Shown here in pieces: positions 20,035 to 28,815 of a stretch of DNA of 64,000 nt. The translations under genes and the position numbers were made by a program. Every line of letters begins with the position of its first letter. Position 1 is the first letter of the stretch. The notes under the pieces were generated by a model that was not told the DNA's origin, ran no database searches, and worked only from the letters and a program-made list of their open reading frames with translations. The stretch is from an uncultured bacterium (GTDB taxonomy: Bacteria > Actinomycetota > Acidimicrobiia > Spongiisociales > ZC4RG35). Location of the stretch: NCBI GenBank assembly GCA_963785075.1, contig CAWATW010000001.1:69598-133597 (forward strand). The letters are read 5' to 3'.

Positions 20035-20283
20035 ATGGCGAAAGACCATGGACCGTCCATCGAGGACGACGAGAAGTACGAAGCGCTGCGCGAGGAGGGC
20101 TACAGCAAGGAAAAGTCAGCCCGGATCGCCAACGCCGGTGACGAGGGCTCGAAGCGCGGCGGCCAAGCGCCCCCGTATGAGGAGTGGACCCGGGACGAGC
20201 TGTACCAGCGAGCCCAGGAACTCGACATCGAAGGGCGGTCCAAGATGTCGAAGGGCGAACTCATCCGCGCACTGCGGGCTTGA
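20035..20283 (+). CDS. small stress-type protein with Rho_N (Rho termination factor N-terminal-like) C-terminal domain
   Basis: 82 aa. C-terminus ELYQRAQELDIEGRSKMSKGELIRALRA, of Rho_N-domain type. SD GGAGGTG before the ATG. Confidence 0.7.
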   Translation: MAKDHGPSIEDDEKYEALREEGYSKEKSARIANAGDEGSKRGGQAPPYEEWTRDELYQRAQELDIEGRSKMSKGELIRALRA

Positions 20284-20355
20284 GCCCGGCCGTCACCTGG
20301 TGCCGAGTGCCTCTTCGAGGATGGGACGCGTGGCCTCGTCGACGTCGGAGCTCGG

Positions 20356-21810
20356 TCAAGTAGGCACGGCTTCGGTGTGGCCTTCGGCGGCTTCGATGAT
20401 GCCACGCGCCATCTGCGGGAAGATGATGCGGTGAAAGGGAACCAGGAGATACCAGTAGAGCCGGCCGAACAGACCGCGCGGAACGAACCATGCGGTTTGG
20501 ACCAGCGTGCTTCCGCCCGTCTCGGTGTTTGGCTCGACCTTCCAGCCGAGCCAAGCATCTCCGGGGACCAGCATCTCAGCCTTCAGCTCCAGGGAGTGGT
20601 CCGGGTCGATGGCGACCACCCGCCAGAAGTCGAGCGGCTCGCCGACCCCGATTCGTTCGGGATGGCGCCGTCCTCGCCGGAGCCCGGCGCCGCCGAAGAG
20701 CTGATCCATCCAGCCCCGGACGCGCCATGCCCAATCCGCCGAGTAGTAGCCGTGTGACCCTCCCACTCGGGTGAACGCCCACGCAACGTCGGTGGGCGAT
20801 GCATCGGTGTGGTACGTACGTGTGTCTTTGAAGATCGTTCCGTACGCGTGCTCCGGATCCGACGGCAGCGGATCGGACGGTCGCCACGAGCCCCGAGCCC
20901 AGCGTGTGGGGACCTCGAGCCCGCGAGTCTGCTCCAAGGCACGGCTCACGGCTTCGTCGTAGCCGATGGGGTCGTGCGGCATGAGCTCGTGGGCACTGTG
21001 ATCTGTCACCACGACCTCGTGACGCAGGCTGTCCACGAGATGCGCGGCCACCTTGTTCGACAGGGGGGTGACCAAACCGACCCAACGCGCCGAAAGCCCC
21101 AGGGAGAGCAGCGGCACGCGAAAGATGATGCGTGCCTTGAGACCGGCCTGAGCGGCGTACCTCTTCATCATCTGTTCGTAGCTGAGTACGTCTGCGCCTC
21201 CGATCTCGATGATGCGACCGGATGTCTCCGCGTGATCCAAAGCCTCGGCCAGGTAGAACAACACATCCTCGATCGCGATCGGCTGGCACAAGGTTTGAAC
21301 CCATCGGGGTGTCACCATGACCGGCAGCACCTCGGTCAGATACCGGGTCATCTCGAAGGAAAGCGACCCCGACCCGATGATCACCGCGGCTCGCAATTCG
21401 GTCACCGGCACGGGCCCCCCCGCCAGAATCCGCCCGACTTCCTGTCGGCTGGCGAGATGGGGCGAGAGTTCCCCGTCTCCGAGTCCCCCGAGGTACACGA
21501 TTCGGCCGACGCCCGCGTCGGCAGCAGCCTGCGCCATGTTGATCGCAGCCGTTCGATCGATCTCCTCGAAGTCCGGTCGCTCCATCGAGTGCACGAGGTA
21601 GTAGGCGGCCTCGGCACCGTCGAGCGCTTCGGCGAGAGAATCGGGTTCCAGGAGGTCGGCCGACACGATCTCGACCTGATCGCTCCAAGGATTGTCCCGC
21701 AGCGACGCCTGGGTGCGTGTCACGGCGACGACCGTGTGCCCCCGATCGAGCAAGGCGGGAATCAGCCGGCCTCCCACATATCCACTTGCACCGAACACGA
21801 CGACTTTCAT
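20356..21810 (-). CDS. NAD(P)H-binding (NmrA/SDR-like) protein fused to DUF2867
   Basis: True start MKVVVFGASGYVGG at 21810, preceded by AGGAGA. The track ORF extends further with RG-rich junk. 484 aa. Confidence 0.7.
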   Translation of the reverse strand: MKVVVFGASGYVGGRLIPALLDRGHTVVAVTRTQASLRDNPWSDQVEIVSADLLEPDSLAEALDGAEAAYYLVHSMERPDFEEIDRTAAINMAQAAADAGVGRIVYLGGLGDGELSPHLASRQEVGRILAGGPVPVTELRAAVIIGSGSLSFEMTRYLTEVLPVMVTPRWVQTLCQPIAIEDVLFYLAEALDHAETSGRIIEIGGADVLSYEQMMKRYAAQAGLKARIIFRVPLLSLGLSARWVGLVTPLSNKVAAHLVDSLRHEVVVTDHSAHELMPHDPIGYDEAVSRALEQTRGLEVPTRWARGSWRPSDPLPSDPEHAYGTIFKDTRTYHTDASPTDVAWAFTRVGGSHGYYSADWAWRVRGWMDQLFGGAGLRRGRRHPERIGVGEPLDFWRVVAIDPDHSLELKAEMLVPGDAWLGWKVEPNTETGGSTLVQTAWFVPRGLFGRLYWYLLVPFHRIIFPQMARGIIEAAEGHTEAVPT

Positions 21811-22102
21811 GCGATCTCCTGGCCTGTCACGTCTTCTACGGAGCGAACGTGGTTCTCGATGTCGATCTGAAGTGCGAGTCGGGGTTTGGACATTGATTGA
21901 ACTCTCCCATAGATCTCGGCCACTGCGAAGTTTCATCGTCGGTGTTCACTGAGAACGGATACGCCTTCTTCGAGTTCTTCGAGTTCTTCGAGTACGAATG
22001 CTGTGCCCACGGCTCTCCATACCGGAGCCACGAGCTTCGAAAACCCGCGGCCGTCATAGGCGCGCCGACCCCGGCATCATCTTGGTGAGCAAAGGAGGCG
22101 CT

Positions 22103-23452
22103 GTGAGCCGGTGTGATGTGATCGTCGTGGGGGCGGGTTCTGGTGGGGAAGTCATCGCCAGTCGGCTGGCGGCGGCCGGCATGTCGGTGGTGGTGGTGGA
22201 GAACCGACTGGTCGGAGGCCAATGCCCGTTCTGGGCGTGCATGCCGGCAAAGGCCCTGCTTCGTCCCGGACAGGTCGCAGCGGAAGCTCGACGAGTCCCG
22301 GGAGTCGAAGGTGCCACTGTGGCCCCGGAGTCGGTCTTCGCATGGCGCGACGAGGTCTCGGACAGTCGAGACGACCATGGCCACGTCCACGAGCTCCAAT
22401 CGGATGGAGTCGAGGTCGTGAGAGGCCATGGTGCGCTCTCCGGCGAGCGGACCGTCGTTGTACGCGGCAACGGAGACGCCATGACCCTCGAAGCCGACAA
22501 GGCTGTGGTGATCGCCACCGGGTCGTCGGCGATCGTGCCGGACATCGACGGGATCGAGGATGTCGACGTCTGGGACAGCGAGCGGGTGACCACCGCCTCC
22601 CACGTGCCGTCCTCGATGCTCGTCATCGGCGGTGGAGCCGTCGGATTGGAGTCGGCACAGGCGTGGCATCGTCTCGGGTCCGATGTGGTGGTGGTGGAAG
22701 CCGAGGAGCGAGTTCTGGCCAGTGAGGAACCCTTCGTCGGTTCTCTGATGGCCGAAGCCATGCGTGCGCAAGGAATCGACTTGGTGGTGGGACAGACCGT
22801 GGAACGTGTCCGTCGGGACCGTTCTGGTGTGACGGCCATTCTGTCCAACAGCCAGGAGATCGCGGTTTCTCAGGTGGTCGCAGCATCAGGCCGGAGCCCC
22901 AACACCAGAGGGATCGGTCTCGAGAGCGTCGATCTGCCGGCGGAAGGGCCCATCGAAGTCGATTCGGCCATGCGAGTGTCGCCCCACGATTGGCTGTTCG
23001 CCATCGGCGATGTGAATGGACTATCGATGTTCACCCACGCCGCCAAATACCAGGCGAGGAGACTGGCGGATCATCTTCTCGGTGTCGGTGAGGCGACCGC
23101 CGACGGTGAGGGAGCCATACCCCGCTGCGTGTTCACGGACCCTGCAGTCGCCGCCGTCGGCTCGACCGAACGCAAAGCAAGGGAGGCTGGAGGGAACATC
23201 GCGGTGACCGACGCCGACATCGGCAACATGGCAGAGGCGGTCGTCTGGGGTATTGGAGTGGGTGGGAAGGCGCAGGCAGTGTGGAGAGACGACGTCTTGG
23301 TGGGAGCGACGATCGTCGGTCCCCACCCGGTGATCGAGCTCTTGGCGTCGTTTCAGATGGCGATCCTCGCCGGGCTCGACCGGGCGACCCTCCGGCACTT
23401 CGTTCCGCAATTCCCCACCTTCGGCGAGATGTGGCTCGATCTGCTCGAGTGA
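22103..23452 (+). CDS. pyridine nucleotide-disulfide oxidoreductase (dihydrolipoamide dehydrogenase/mercuric reductase-like)
   Basis: GTG start after AAAGGAGG. FAD motif VIVVGAGSGG. Redox-active disulfide GGQCPFWACMPAK. NAD site VIGGGAVGLE. Confidence 0.8.
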   Translation: MSRCDVIVVGAGSGGEVIASRLAAAGMSVVVVENRLVGGQCPFWACMPAKALLRPGQVAAEARRVPGVEGATVAPESVFAWRDEVSDSRDDHGHVHELQSDGVEVVRGHGALSGERTVVVRGNGDAMTLEADKAVVIATGSSAIVPDIDGIEDVDVWDSERVTTASHVPSSMLVIGGGAVGLESAQAWHRLGSDVVVVEAEERVLASEEPFVGSLMAEAMRAQGIDLVVGQTVERVRRDRSGVTAILSNSQEIAVSQVVAASGRSPNTRGIGLESVDLPAEGPIEVDSAMRVSPHDWLFAIGDVNGLSMFTHAAKYQARRLADHLLGVGEATADGEGAIPRCVFTDPAVAAVGSTERKAREAGGNIAVTDADIGNMAEAVVWGIGVGGKAQAVWRDDVLVGATIVGPHPVIELLASFQMAILAGLDRATLRHFVPQFPTFGEMWLDLLE

Positions 23453-23540
23453 GCGGTCGCAAGCGGAGCAGGCGGACGGACGAGGCGATGGGCCGACCTC
23501 AGGTCGGCGCATCGCGAGCTGGGCGGGGAGGGCTGTGGGG

Positions 23541-23806
23541 TCACACGACCGCGGAGCTGCCCCTCGTTGCCCGGTACACCAGCAGCGCGATCACGGCACC
23601 GACGATCGATCCGACCAGGCCGGCAGCGGAGACCTCGAAGTCGCCTCCAAAGAGAAGATTCCCCAGGAATCCGCCGACGAGGCTGCCGATGAGACCCAGC
23701 ACCAGGGTGCCGATCCAACCCATCGGGTCCTTCCCGGCACCAGAGAGCGAGCGATTGCGCCTGCGATGAGCCCGATGACGATCCACCAGACAATGGTCAT
23801 GTCCAT
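23541..23806 (-). pseudogene. GlsB/YeaQ/YmgE-family (transglycosylase-associated) stress membrane protein, -1 frameshift
   Basis: Frame A gives MDMTIVWWIVIGLIAGAIARSLVPG. Frame B continues KDPMGWIGTLVLGLIGSLVGGFLGNLLFGG... The junction is at a gggaagg run near 23737. GGAGA lies before the ATG. Confidence 0.55.
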
Positions 23807-23831
23807 ATCTCCGTATCTCGTAGAGGATCGC

Positions 23832-24809
23832 CTACGCCCCTCCTCGAGTGCCATTCCAGAAGCGTTCGAGGGCGTCGATGGTGGCATCGAGTGCTTCGAA
23901 GTGGGGAAGACCGCGAGAAGGGCCGACTCTCCGAGCCGACCACCCGAACCGGTCGACGAATTCGGGGAGGCGGGCGAACGACGTGTGCGGGTCTTCGTCG
24001 TAGAGAACCAGAACAGGCTGTTCGACCCGGGCATAGAGGCGTTCCACCGCCTCGGCGTCGAAGAGCTGTCCTGACAGGAAAGCCGCCGGCGCATGGCGAG
24101 CACCAGGCTGATGGGCGGTGAGCCAGGCAAATGTCTCGAAGGCGGGATCGGTTTCGCCGAAGAAGTTCAGACCCAAGAAGTATGAGATCGAAGGTCGACT
24201 GGCGATCAAGTCGAAGATGGCCGTCCCGATGACAGGAGCCCGCACCAGGGCTCCGAGCCAGGCCGGGTTCCCCCCGCCGCCGGCGGTCGAGAACCCGGTG
24301 GGAGAGATCATGGTGAGGCTGCGAATCGATTCGGGACGGTCCCTGGCTGCCCGGGCCGCGAATTCACTGCCGAGCGAGAGGGCCACCACGTCGACCTGGC
24401 CGCCGACCACCTGCTCGGCCACATCGGAGATCGCTGTGGCCATCAACGTCTGCGAATAGTCGCGATCGCCACGCTGTGAGTGCCCGAATCCTGGGAGATC
24501 GAGTGCGACGACTCGACGTCCCCTGGTCGCCAGGGCCGTGTACAGGGGCCTGATGTCGAACGCCGACGCCGCTGCGTGCACGCCGTGTACGAAGAGCACG
24601 GGTTCGCCGTCTTCGGGACCCATCTCGTAGACGGCAACGGCTCCCGCACCGATGGAGTCGATGTTGCCCGCCTGGCCCGGAACGGGCCGTGGAAGCGGGG
24701 TCTCGTGCGGCACGGATGTGACCGAATAGGCCGTCCATCCCAAGCCGCCGAGCAGAGCTGCCCGGGGAATGCACTTGCCGATGCCACGGGAAAGGGTCAC
24801 GATCCTCAT
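23832..24809 (-). CDS. alpha/beta-fold hydrolase
   Basis: True start MRIVTLSR at about 24809, after AAGGTGA. Nucleophile elbow ALSLGS. 325 aa. Confidence 0.8.
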   Translation of the reverse strand: MRIVTLSRGIGKCIPRAALLGGLGWTAYSVTSVPHETPLPRPVPGQAGNIDSIGAGAVAVYEMGPEDGEPVLFVHGVHAAASAFDIRPLYTALATRGRRVVALDLPGFGHSQRGDRDYSQTLMATAISDVAEQVVGGQVDVVALSLGSEFAARAARDRPESIRSLTMISPTGFSTAGGGGNPAWLGALVRAPVIGTAIFDLIASRPSISYFLGLNFFGETDPAFETFAWLTAHQPGARHAPAAFLSGQLFDAEAVERLYARVEQPVLVLYDEDPHTSFARLPEFVDRFGWSARRVGPSRGLPHFEALDATIDALERFWNGTRGGA

Positions 24810-24958
24810 GATCTCACCTTGTCCTCGGGAGTTTGCGTGGTCGTGTCGTGAATTGATTCTTGCCCGTTCCCGCCGCCATCGAAACCCGGCTCCGGAGGTG
24901 CGGCGTTTCGGCTCCGGGTGGGATGGGTAGATCGTTTCTCCACGATCGGAGAGGCCAC

Positions 24959-25483
24959 ATGAACGAGAGAACAGAACCCCTGACGAGGCTCGACGACGTC
25001 CGAGCGCCGCACAATGTGGTGTGCGCCGTTGGCGGGCTCGATCGAGCAAGGGCGATGATCCATGCGTTGGAACAAGCCGGCGTCGAGGCTTCGCACATCA
25101 ACCCTGCTCGGGGCGCAGAAGGCGACGGAGTCGGACATCGCTCCGGCTGCCTTCGAGGACCCGGCCGGGCAGGGTTGGCCGAGGATCCGCAGGTGGTGCG
25201 GTCGCCGGCGCCGGGATTGCGGCGGTTGCCGGGGCGACGATCGGGCTCCCGGGGGTCGGACCGCTGGTGGCCGGCGGACTGTGGGCGGTGTTCGGCGGAG
25301 TCGTCGGGGCAGCGATGGGGGTCGTCTGTCGGCCTGTCAGAGGCATGGGACCACACGTTCGCAGCCGTCGAAGAGGGAAACGTTGCTGTTGGAGTTCACA
25401 GCGACGATCCAGATGAGATTGTCGCGGCCATCGCCGTTGTGGAAGGATTGAACCCGATGAGTATCAACCGATTCGATGACTGA
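24959..25483 (+). pseudogene. YflT/GSP17M-like general-stress protein with central glycine-zipper, reading frame broken
   Basis: N-terminal domain (VVCAVGGLDRARAMIHALEQAGVEASHIN) and C-terminal domain (EEGNVAVGVHSDDPDEIVAAIAVVEGLNP) are in frame 1. The Gly-zipper GAVAGAGIAAVAGATIGLPGVGPLVAGGLWAVFGGVVGAAMGVV is in another frame, and the linker is in a third. GGAGAGG lies before the ATG. Confidence 0.4.
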
Positions 25484-25486
25484 CCG

Positions 25487-27340
25487 GTGACGGACCCCTC
25501 TGTCCAGGTCGCCGCCCTCGTGGTTGCGGCCGTCGGCGCCGGCTGGATCGCCGACCGGCTTCGCATCCCGGCGATCCTCCCGCTGCTGGCTGTCGGGCTG
25601 CTCGCCGGGCCGGCCTTCGGGCTGCTCGATCCTGACGCTCTGTTCGGGGACCTGCTGACGTCCACCGTGGGCCTCGCGGTAGGAGTGATCCTGTACGAAG
25701 GAGGCCTGTCGCTTCGACTGCGCGAGCTCGAAGGATCGCAGCGAGCGATCTGGGGATTGGTGAGTGTCGGCGTCGGGGTGACCTGGGTGATCGCGTCGTC
25801 GGTTGCTGTCCTGGTCCTCGACGTCTCGCTCGGCGTGGGAATCGTGCTGGGTGCCATCCTCGTGGTGTCAGGACCGACGGTGGTGGGGCCCGTGCTCCAA
25901 ACCGTGCGTCCCAGCCGCAAGGTCGGTTCCATCCTCAAGTGGGAATCCATCTTCATCGACCCCGTGGGGGCGATGCTGGCCGTCCTCGCATTCGATGTGG
26001 TCATCGCCGGCGCCGATGGCCCGGGTCTAGGCGAGCTGACGGGAGAAGTCGCTCTGTTCGTGGTCGCAGGGGCGGGAACCGGCGGATTGGTGGCCGCAGG
26101 AGCGGTGTTCGTGTTGCGGCGTCATTGGGTCGGGGAACACCTGATCAGCTTGTTCGGGCTTGCGCTGGCCATGCTTGCCTATGTCCTTGCCGACGCCGTG
26201 GCCCATGAGGCCGGTCTGCTGGCGACGACAGTCCTCGGATTGGTTCTGTCCAACCATCATCGAGTGCGGACGGAGCCGCTCGTCCGCTTCTCGGAGGTGC
26301 TTCGTGTTCTCCTCATCGGCATTCTGTTCATCGTCCTGAGCGCCCGGTTGACGCGGGATCAACTCGCCTCGTTGGGTATGGGCACGGTCGTCCTCATCGT
26401 CGTCCTCGTGCTGGTAGCTCGTCCGGTCGCCACCTGGATCTCGACCTTCGGGTCCGGCCTGGATACGCGGGAAAAGGCCCTCATCGCCGGGATCGCGCCT
26501 CGGGGTATCGTCGCCGCCTCCATAGCCTCGGTCTTTGGTCTCGAGCTCGAGGCTGCCGGAGTGGAAGGCGCGGAGCTCCTCACGCCAGTCGTGTTCGCGG
26601 TCATCGTGGCAACCGTGCTCGTCTACGGCCTCGGGGCGGGTCCATTGGCCCGGGTACTGGGGCTTGCGCGGCGGGGGCAGGAGGGCGTGTTGATCCTCGG
26701 TGCCGGTGTGGTCGAGCGGGGCCTGGCCGAAGCGGTGGCCGGCGCCGGCCTCGAGGTGGTGGTGGCCACGATCAATCGGAACGACGAGCGGGCGGCTCGC
26801 ATGCTGGGCATCCGGACGTTCTACGGGAACGTGCTCGACGAGGACATCGATCTTCGACTGGAGATGTCCGGGATCGGCCGGTTGTTGGCTCTCACACCCA
26901 ACGACGAGGTGAACACGCTTGCGGCGCGACGATTCGAAGAGGTGTTCGGTGGTGCCGAAATCTATCAGCTGCCCGCCACGCCGCCTCCGCCAGGAGTCCA
27001 AGCCGGCACTTCCGAACTCGGTGGAAGGGCGCTCTTCGATCGCTCGCTCGTCTACCCCCGGCTCCGTCGGCTGATCGAGGGCGGGGGGATCAACCGCACC
27101 ACGCTGTCCGAGAAGTTCGACACCGACCGATTCGTCGAGAAACACGGCGACGATGTCATTCCGCTGATGGCCATCCGGGACGGCCGTCTCTTGTTGAACG
27201 TCATCGACGCACCCACTGCGCTGATGGACCGGCTTCAAATCGGCGATGCCGTACTCTGGGTGAAACCAGGGGCCGACGGTGACGAGGCCGTCGACAGCTC
27301 CGCGGTGGTGTCCATTACCGAAGGGGTGGAGGCGGAGTGA
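25487..27340 (+). CDS. CPA1-family Na+/H+ (cation:proton) antiporter with C-terminal TrkA-like regulatory domains
   Basis: 617 aa. About 12 TM helices; the remainder matches the NhaP/CPA1 fold. The C-terminus carries GxGxxG (VLILGAGVV) RCK/TrkA-N and TrkA-C-like parts. Confidence 0.85.
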   Translation: MTDPSVQVAALVVAAVGAGWIADRLRIPAILPLLAVGLLAGPAFGLLDPDALFGDLLTSTVGLAVGVILYEGGLSLRLRELEGSQRAIWGLVSVGVGVTWVIASSVAVLVLDVSLGVGIVLGAILVVSGPTVVGPVLQTVRPSRKVGSILKWESIFIDPVGAMLAVLAFDVVIAGADGPGLGELTGEVALFVVAGAGTGGLVAAGAVFVLRRHWVGEHLISLFGLALAMLAYVLADAVAHEAGLLATTVLGLVLSNHHRVRTEPLVRFSEVLRVLLIGILFIVLSARLTRDQLASLGMGTVVLIVVLVLVARPVATWISTFGSGLDTREKALIAGIAPRGIVAASIASVFGLELEAAGVEGAELLTPVVFAVIVATVLVYGLGAGPLARVLGLARRGQEGVLILGAGVVERGLAEAVAGAGLEVVVATINRNDERAARMLGIRTFYGNVLDEDIDLRLEMSGIGRLLALTPNDEVNTLAARRFEEVFGGAEIYQLPATPPPPGVQAGTSELGGRALFDRSLVYPRLRRLIEGGGINRTTLSEKFDTDRFVEKHGDDVIPLMAIRDGRLLLNVIDAPTALMDRLQIGDAVLWVKPGADGDEAVDSSAVVSITEGVEAE

Positions 27341-27507
27341 AGAAGTCAAAGCGTGGTTTGATTCGATGGCTGGTCGGAATCGGGGCCGTCGTCGTCACCG
27401 TTCGATTGGTCAGGTCCAAGCAACAAGCGGCGCCGCCGGCGGACGATGTCGTGGACGAGTGGGGCAAGGAGTCGTTCCCGGCAAGCGATCCGCCATCGCA
27501 CTGGTGA
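27337..27507 (+). CDS. small single-TM protein (56 aa) with C-terminal ESFPASDPP motif, GTGA-coupled to antiporter
   Basis: Below the track length cutoff. The GTG overlaps the antiporter stop. Hydrophobic helix LIRWLVGIGAVVVTV and conserved-looking tail DEWGKESFPASDPPSHW. Confidence 0.45.
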   Translation: MKKSKRGLIRWLVGIGAVVVTVRLVRSKQQAAPPADDVVDEWGKESFPASDPPSHW

Positions 27508-27519
27508 CCTCCGAGGTCT

Positions 27520-28713
27520 TCACGGTTGCGTAGCCGTGGACGGAGCAGCGGATCGTGGAGCCGAGCGATCGGCGATCAGGGAGAGCGCCATCGCCAGCAC
27601 TCCGTAACCTGCAAAACCGGCAGCCAACGGGATGACGGTGTCGCTGATCGCTCTATCGAGCACGGAGCCGAGGATGGCTCCGAAAGCCGTGAAGATGGTG
27701 CCGATGACCGCGGACGCAGTGCCGGCCACGGACCCCATTGGCTCCATCGCAAGTGTGTTCAAGTTCGGGACCGTGAGCGCATGAGCCGCGAGCAACGGGG
27801 CCATCGCAACGACGAACGCCCATAGAGGAGGTCTTGGCGAGATCATGATCGTCGAGACCAGGATCAAGAGCGACCACGCCGTGTAGGCGAACAGCGTTGC
27901 CCGTGTGATGCGTCGAGTGCCCAGCCGACGCACCACGGTTCCATTGAGGGCCGTCGCAGCTCCCATCACCGCCGCCAATCCTCCGAACACGAACGGGAAC
28001 GCGCCGGGTGATCCCACGATTTCGGAGATGATCAGCTCCGAGCTGGCGAGATACGAGCTGAACGATCCGAAGAGAAACGTGACGGCGAGTGTGTAGAGCA
28101 TCGCTTGCCGCTGCCCGACGACGAGGCGCGCCGCCTCCACGAGCCGTGTCGGACTGAGCGGTCGCCGGTGTGCCGGGTCGAGCGTCTCTGGAAGGCGGAG
28201 CGACCATGCAAGAACTGCGACCGCGAAGATGGCGGCGACGCCGAACACCCATTGCCAGGACGCGAACGCAAGGACGGCCGTTCCCAGGCTCGGTGCGATC
28301 ACAGGGACGAGAATGAATATCGCCATGATGAATGACATCGCCTGTGCCATTCGGTCGCCCTCGTACAGGTCGCGTACCATCGCCACGGCCACCACTCGCG
28401 GACCGGATGCTGCGACACCCCACAGCAGTCGGGCGCCGAGGAGGAAACCGAACGTGGGCGAGAGAGAAGCGGCCGTTGCCGCCAGGACGTACCCGACGAG
28501 GCCGATGGTCAGAGCGGGCTTCCTCCCGAATCGATCGGCGAGAGCACCGAAGATCAATTGGCCCATTGCCAGCCCGATGAAGTACGCGGTGACGATCCCT
28601 GCAACTGCGTTGGAGCCCTCCGGGAGTCCGAAATGGAGGCGAATCTCACTGAAGGCGGGCAACATGAGATCGATCCCGAGGGCGCCGGTCGCCATGATCA
28701 TGGCCAGCATCAC
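27520..28713 (-). CDS. MFS transporter (Bcr/CflA drug-resistance subfamily-like)
   Basis: 12 TM helices. Motif GQLIFGALADRFGRKP (MFS motif A). The start is probably MLAMIM at about 28713 rather than the track's 28833, which would overlap the divergent HK start. Confidence 0.8.
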   Translation of the reverse strand: MMLAMIMATGALGIDLMLPAFSEIRLHFGLPEGSNAVAGIVTAYFIGLAMGQLIFGALADRFGRKPALTIGLVGYVLAATAASLSPTFGFLLGARLLWGVAASGPRVVAVAMVRDLYEGDRMAQAMSFIMAIFILVPVIAPSLGTAVLAFASWQWVFGVAAIFAVAVLAWSLRLPETLDPAHRRPLSPTRLVEAARLVVGQRQAMLYTLAVTFLFGSFSSYLASSELIISEIVGSPGAFPFVFGGLAAVMGAATALNGTVVRRLGTRRITRATLFAYTAWSLLILVSTIMISPRPPLWAFVVAMAPLLAAHALTVPNLNTLAMEPMGSVAGTASAVIGTIFTAFGAILGSVLDRAISDTVIPLAAGFAGYGVLAMALSLIADRSAPRSAAPSTATQP

Positions 28714-28815
28714 CGTGCGTTCGACACGGCCGGGTGAACGTCGGTTGTGCACCGGCTGGATCGTAGGCGTGACACGGGAACCTAAAGCCGCCGGTCCATC
28801 GGCCGAAGAAATCAA

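Noticed and set aside
20576-21870. 370-aa minus and 353-aa plus ORFs over the DUF2867 gene
   Set aside because: Off-frame and antisense artefacts of the NAD-binding/DUF2867 gene.
21897-22088. 63-aa ORF encoding FFEFFEFFEY
   Set aside because: It arises from the tandem 9-mer in an intergenic region. More likely a DNA or RNA element than a protein, so it is reported as a repeat finding instead.
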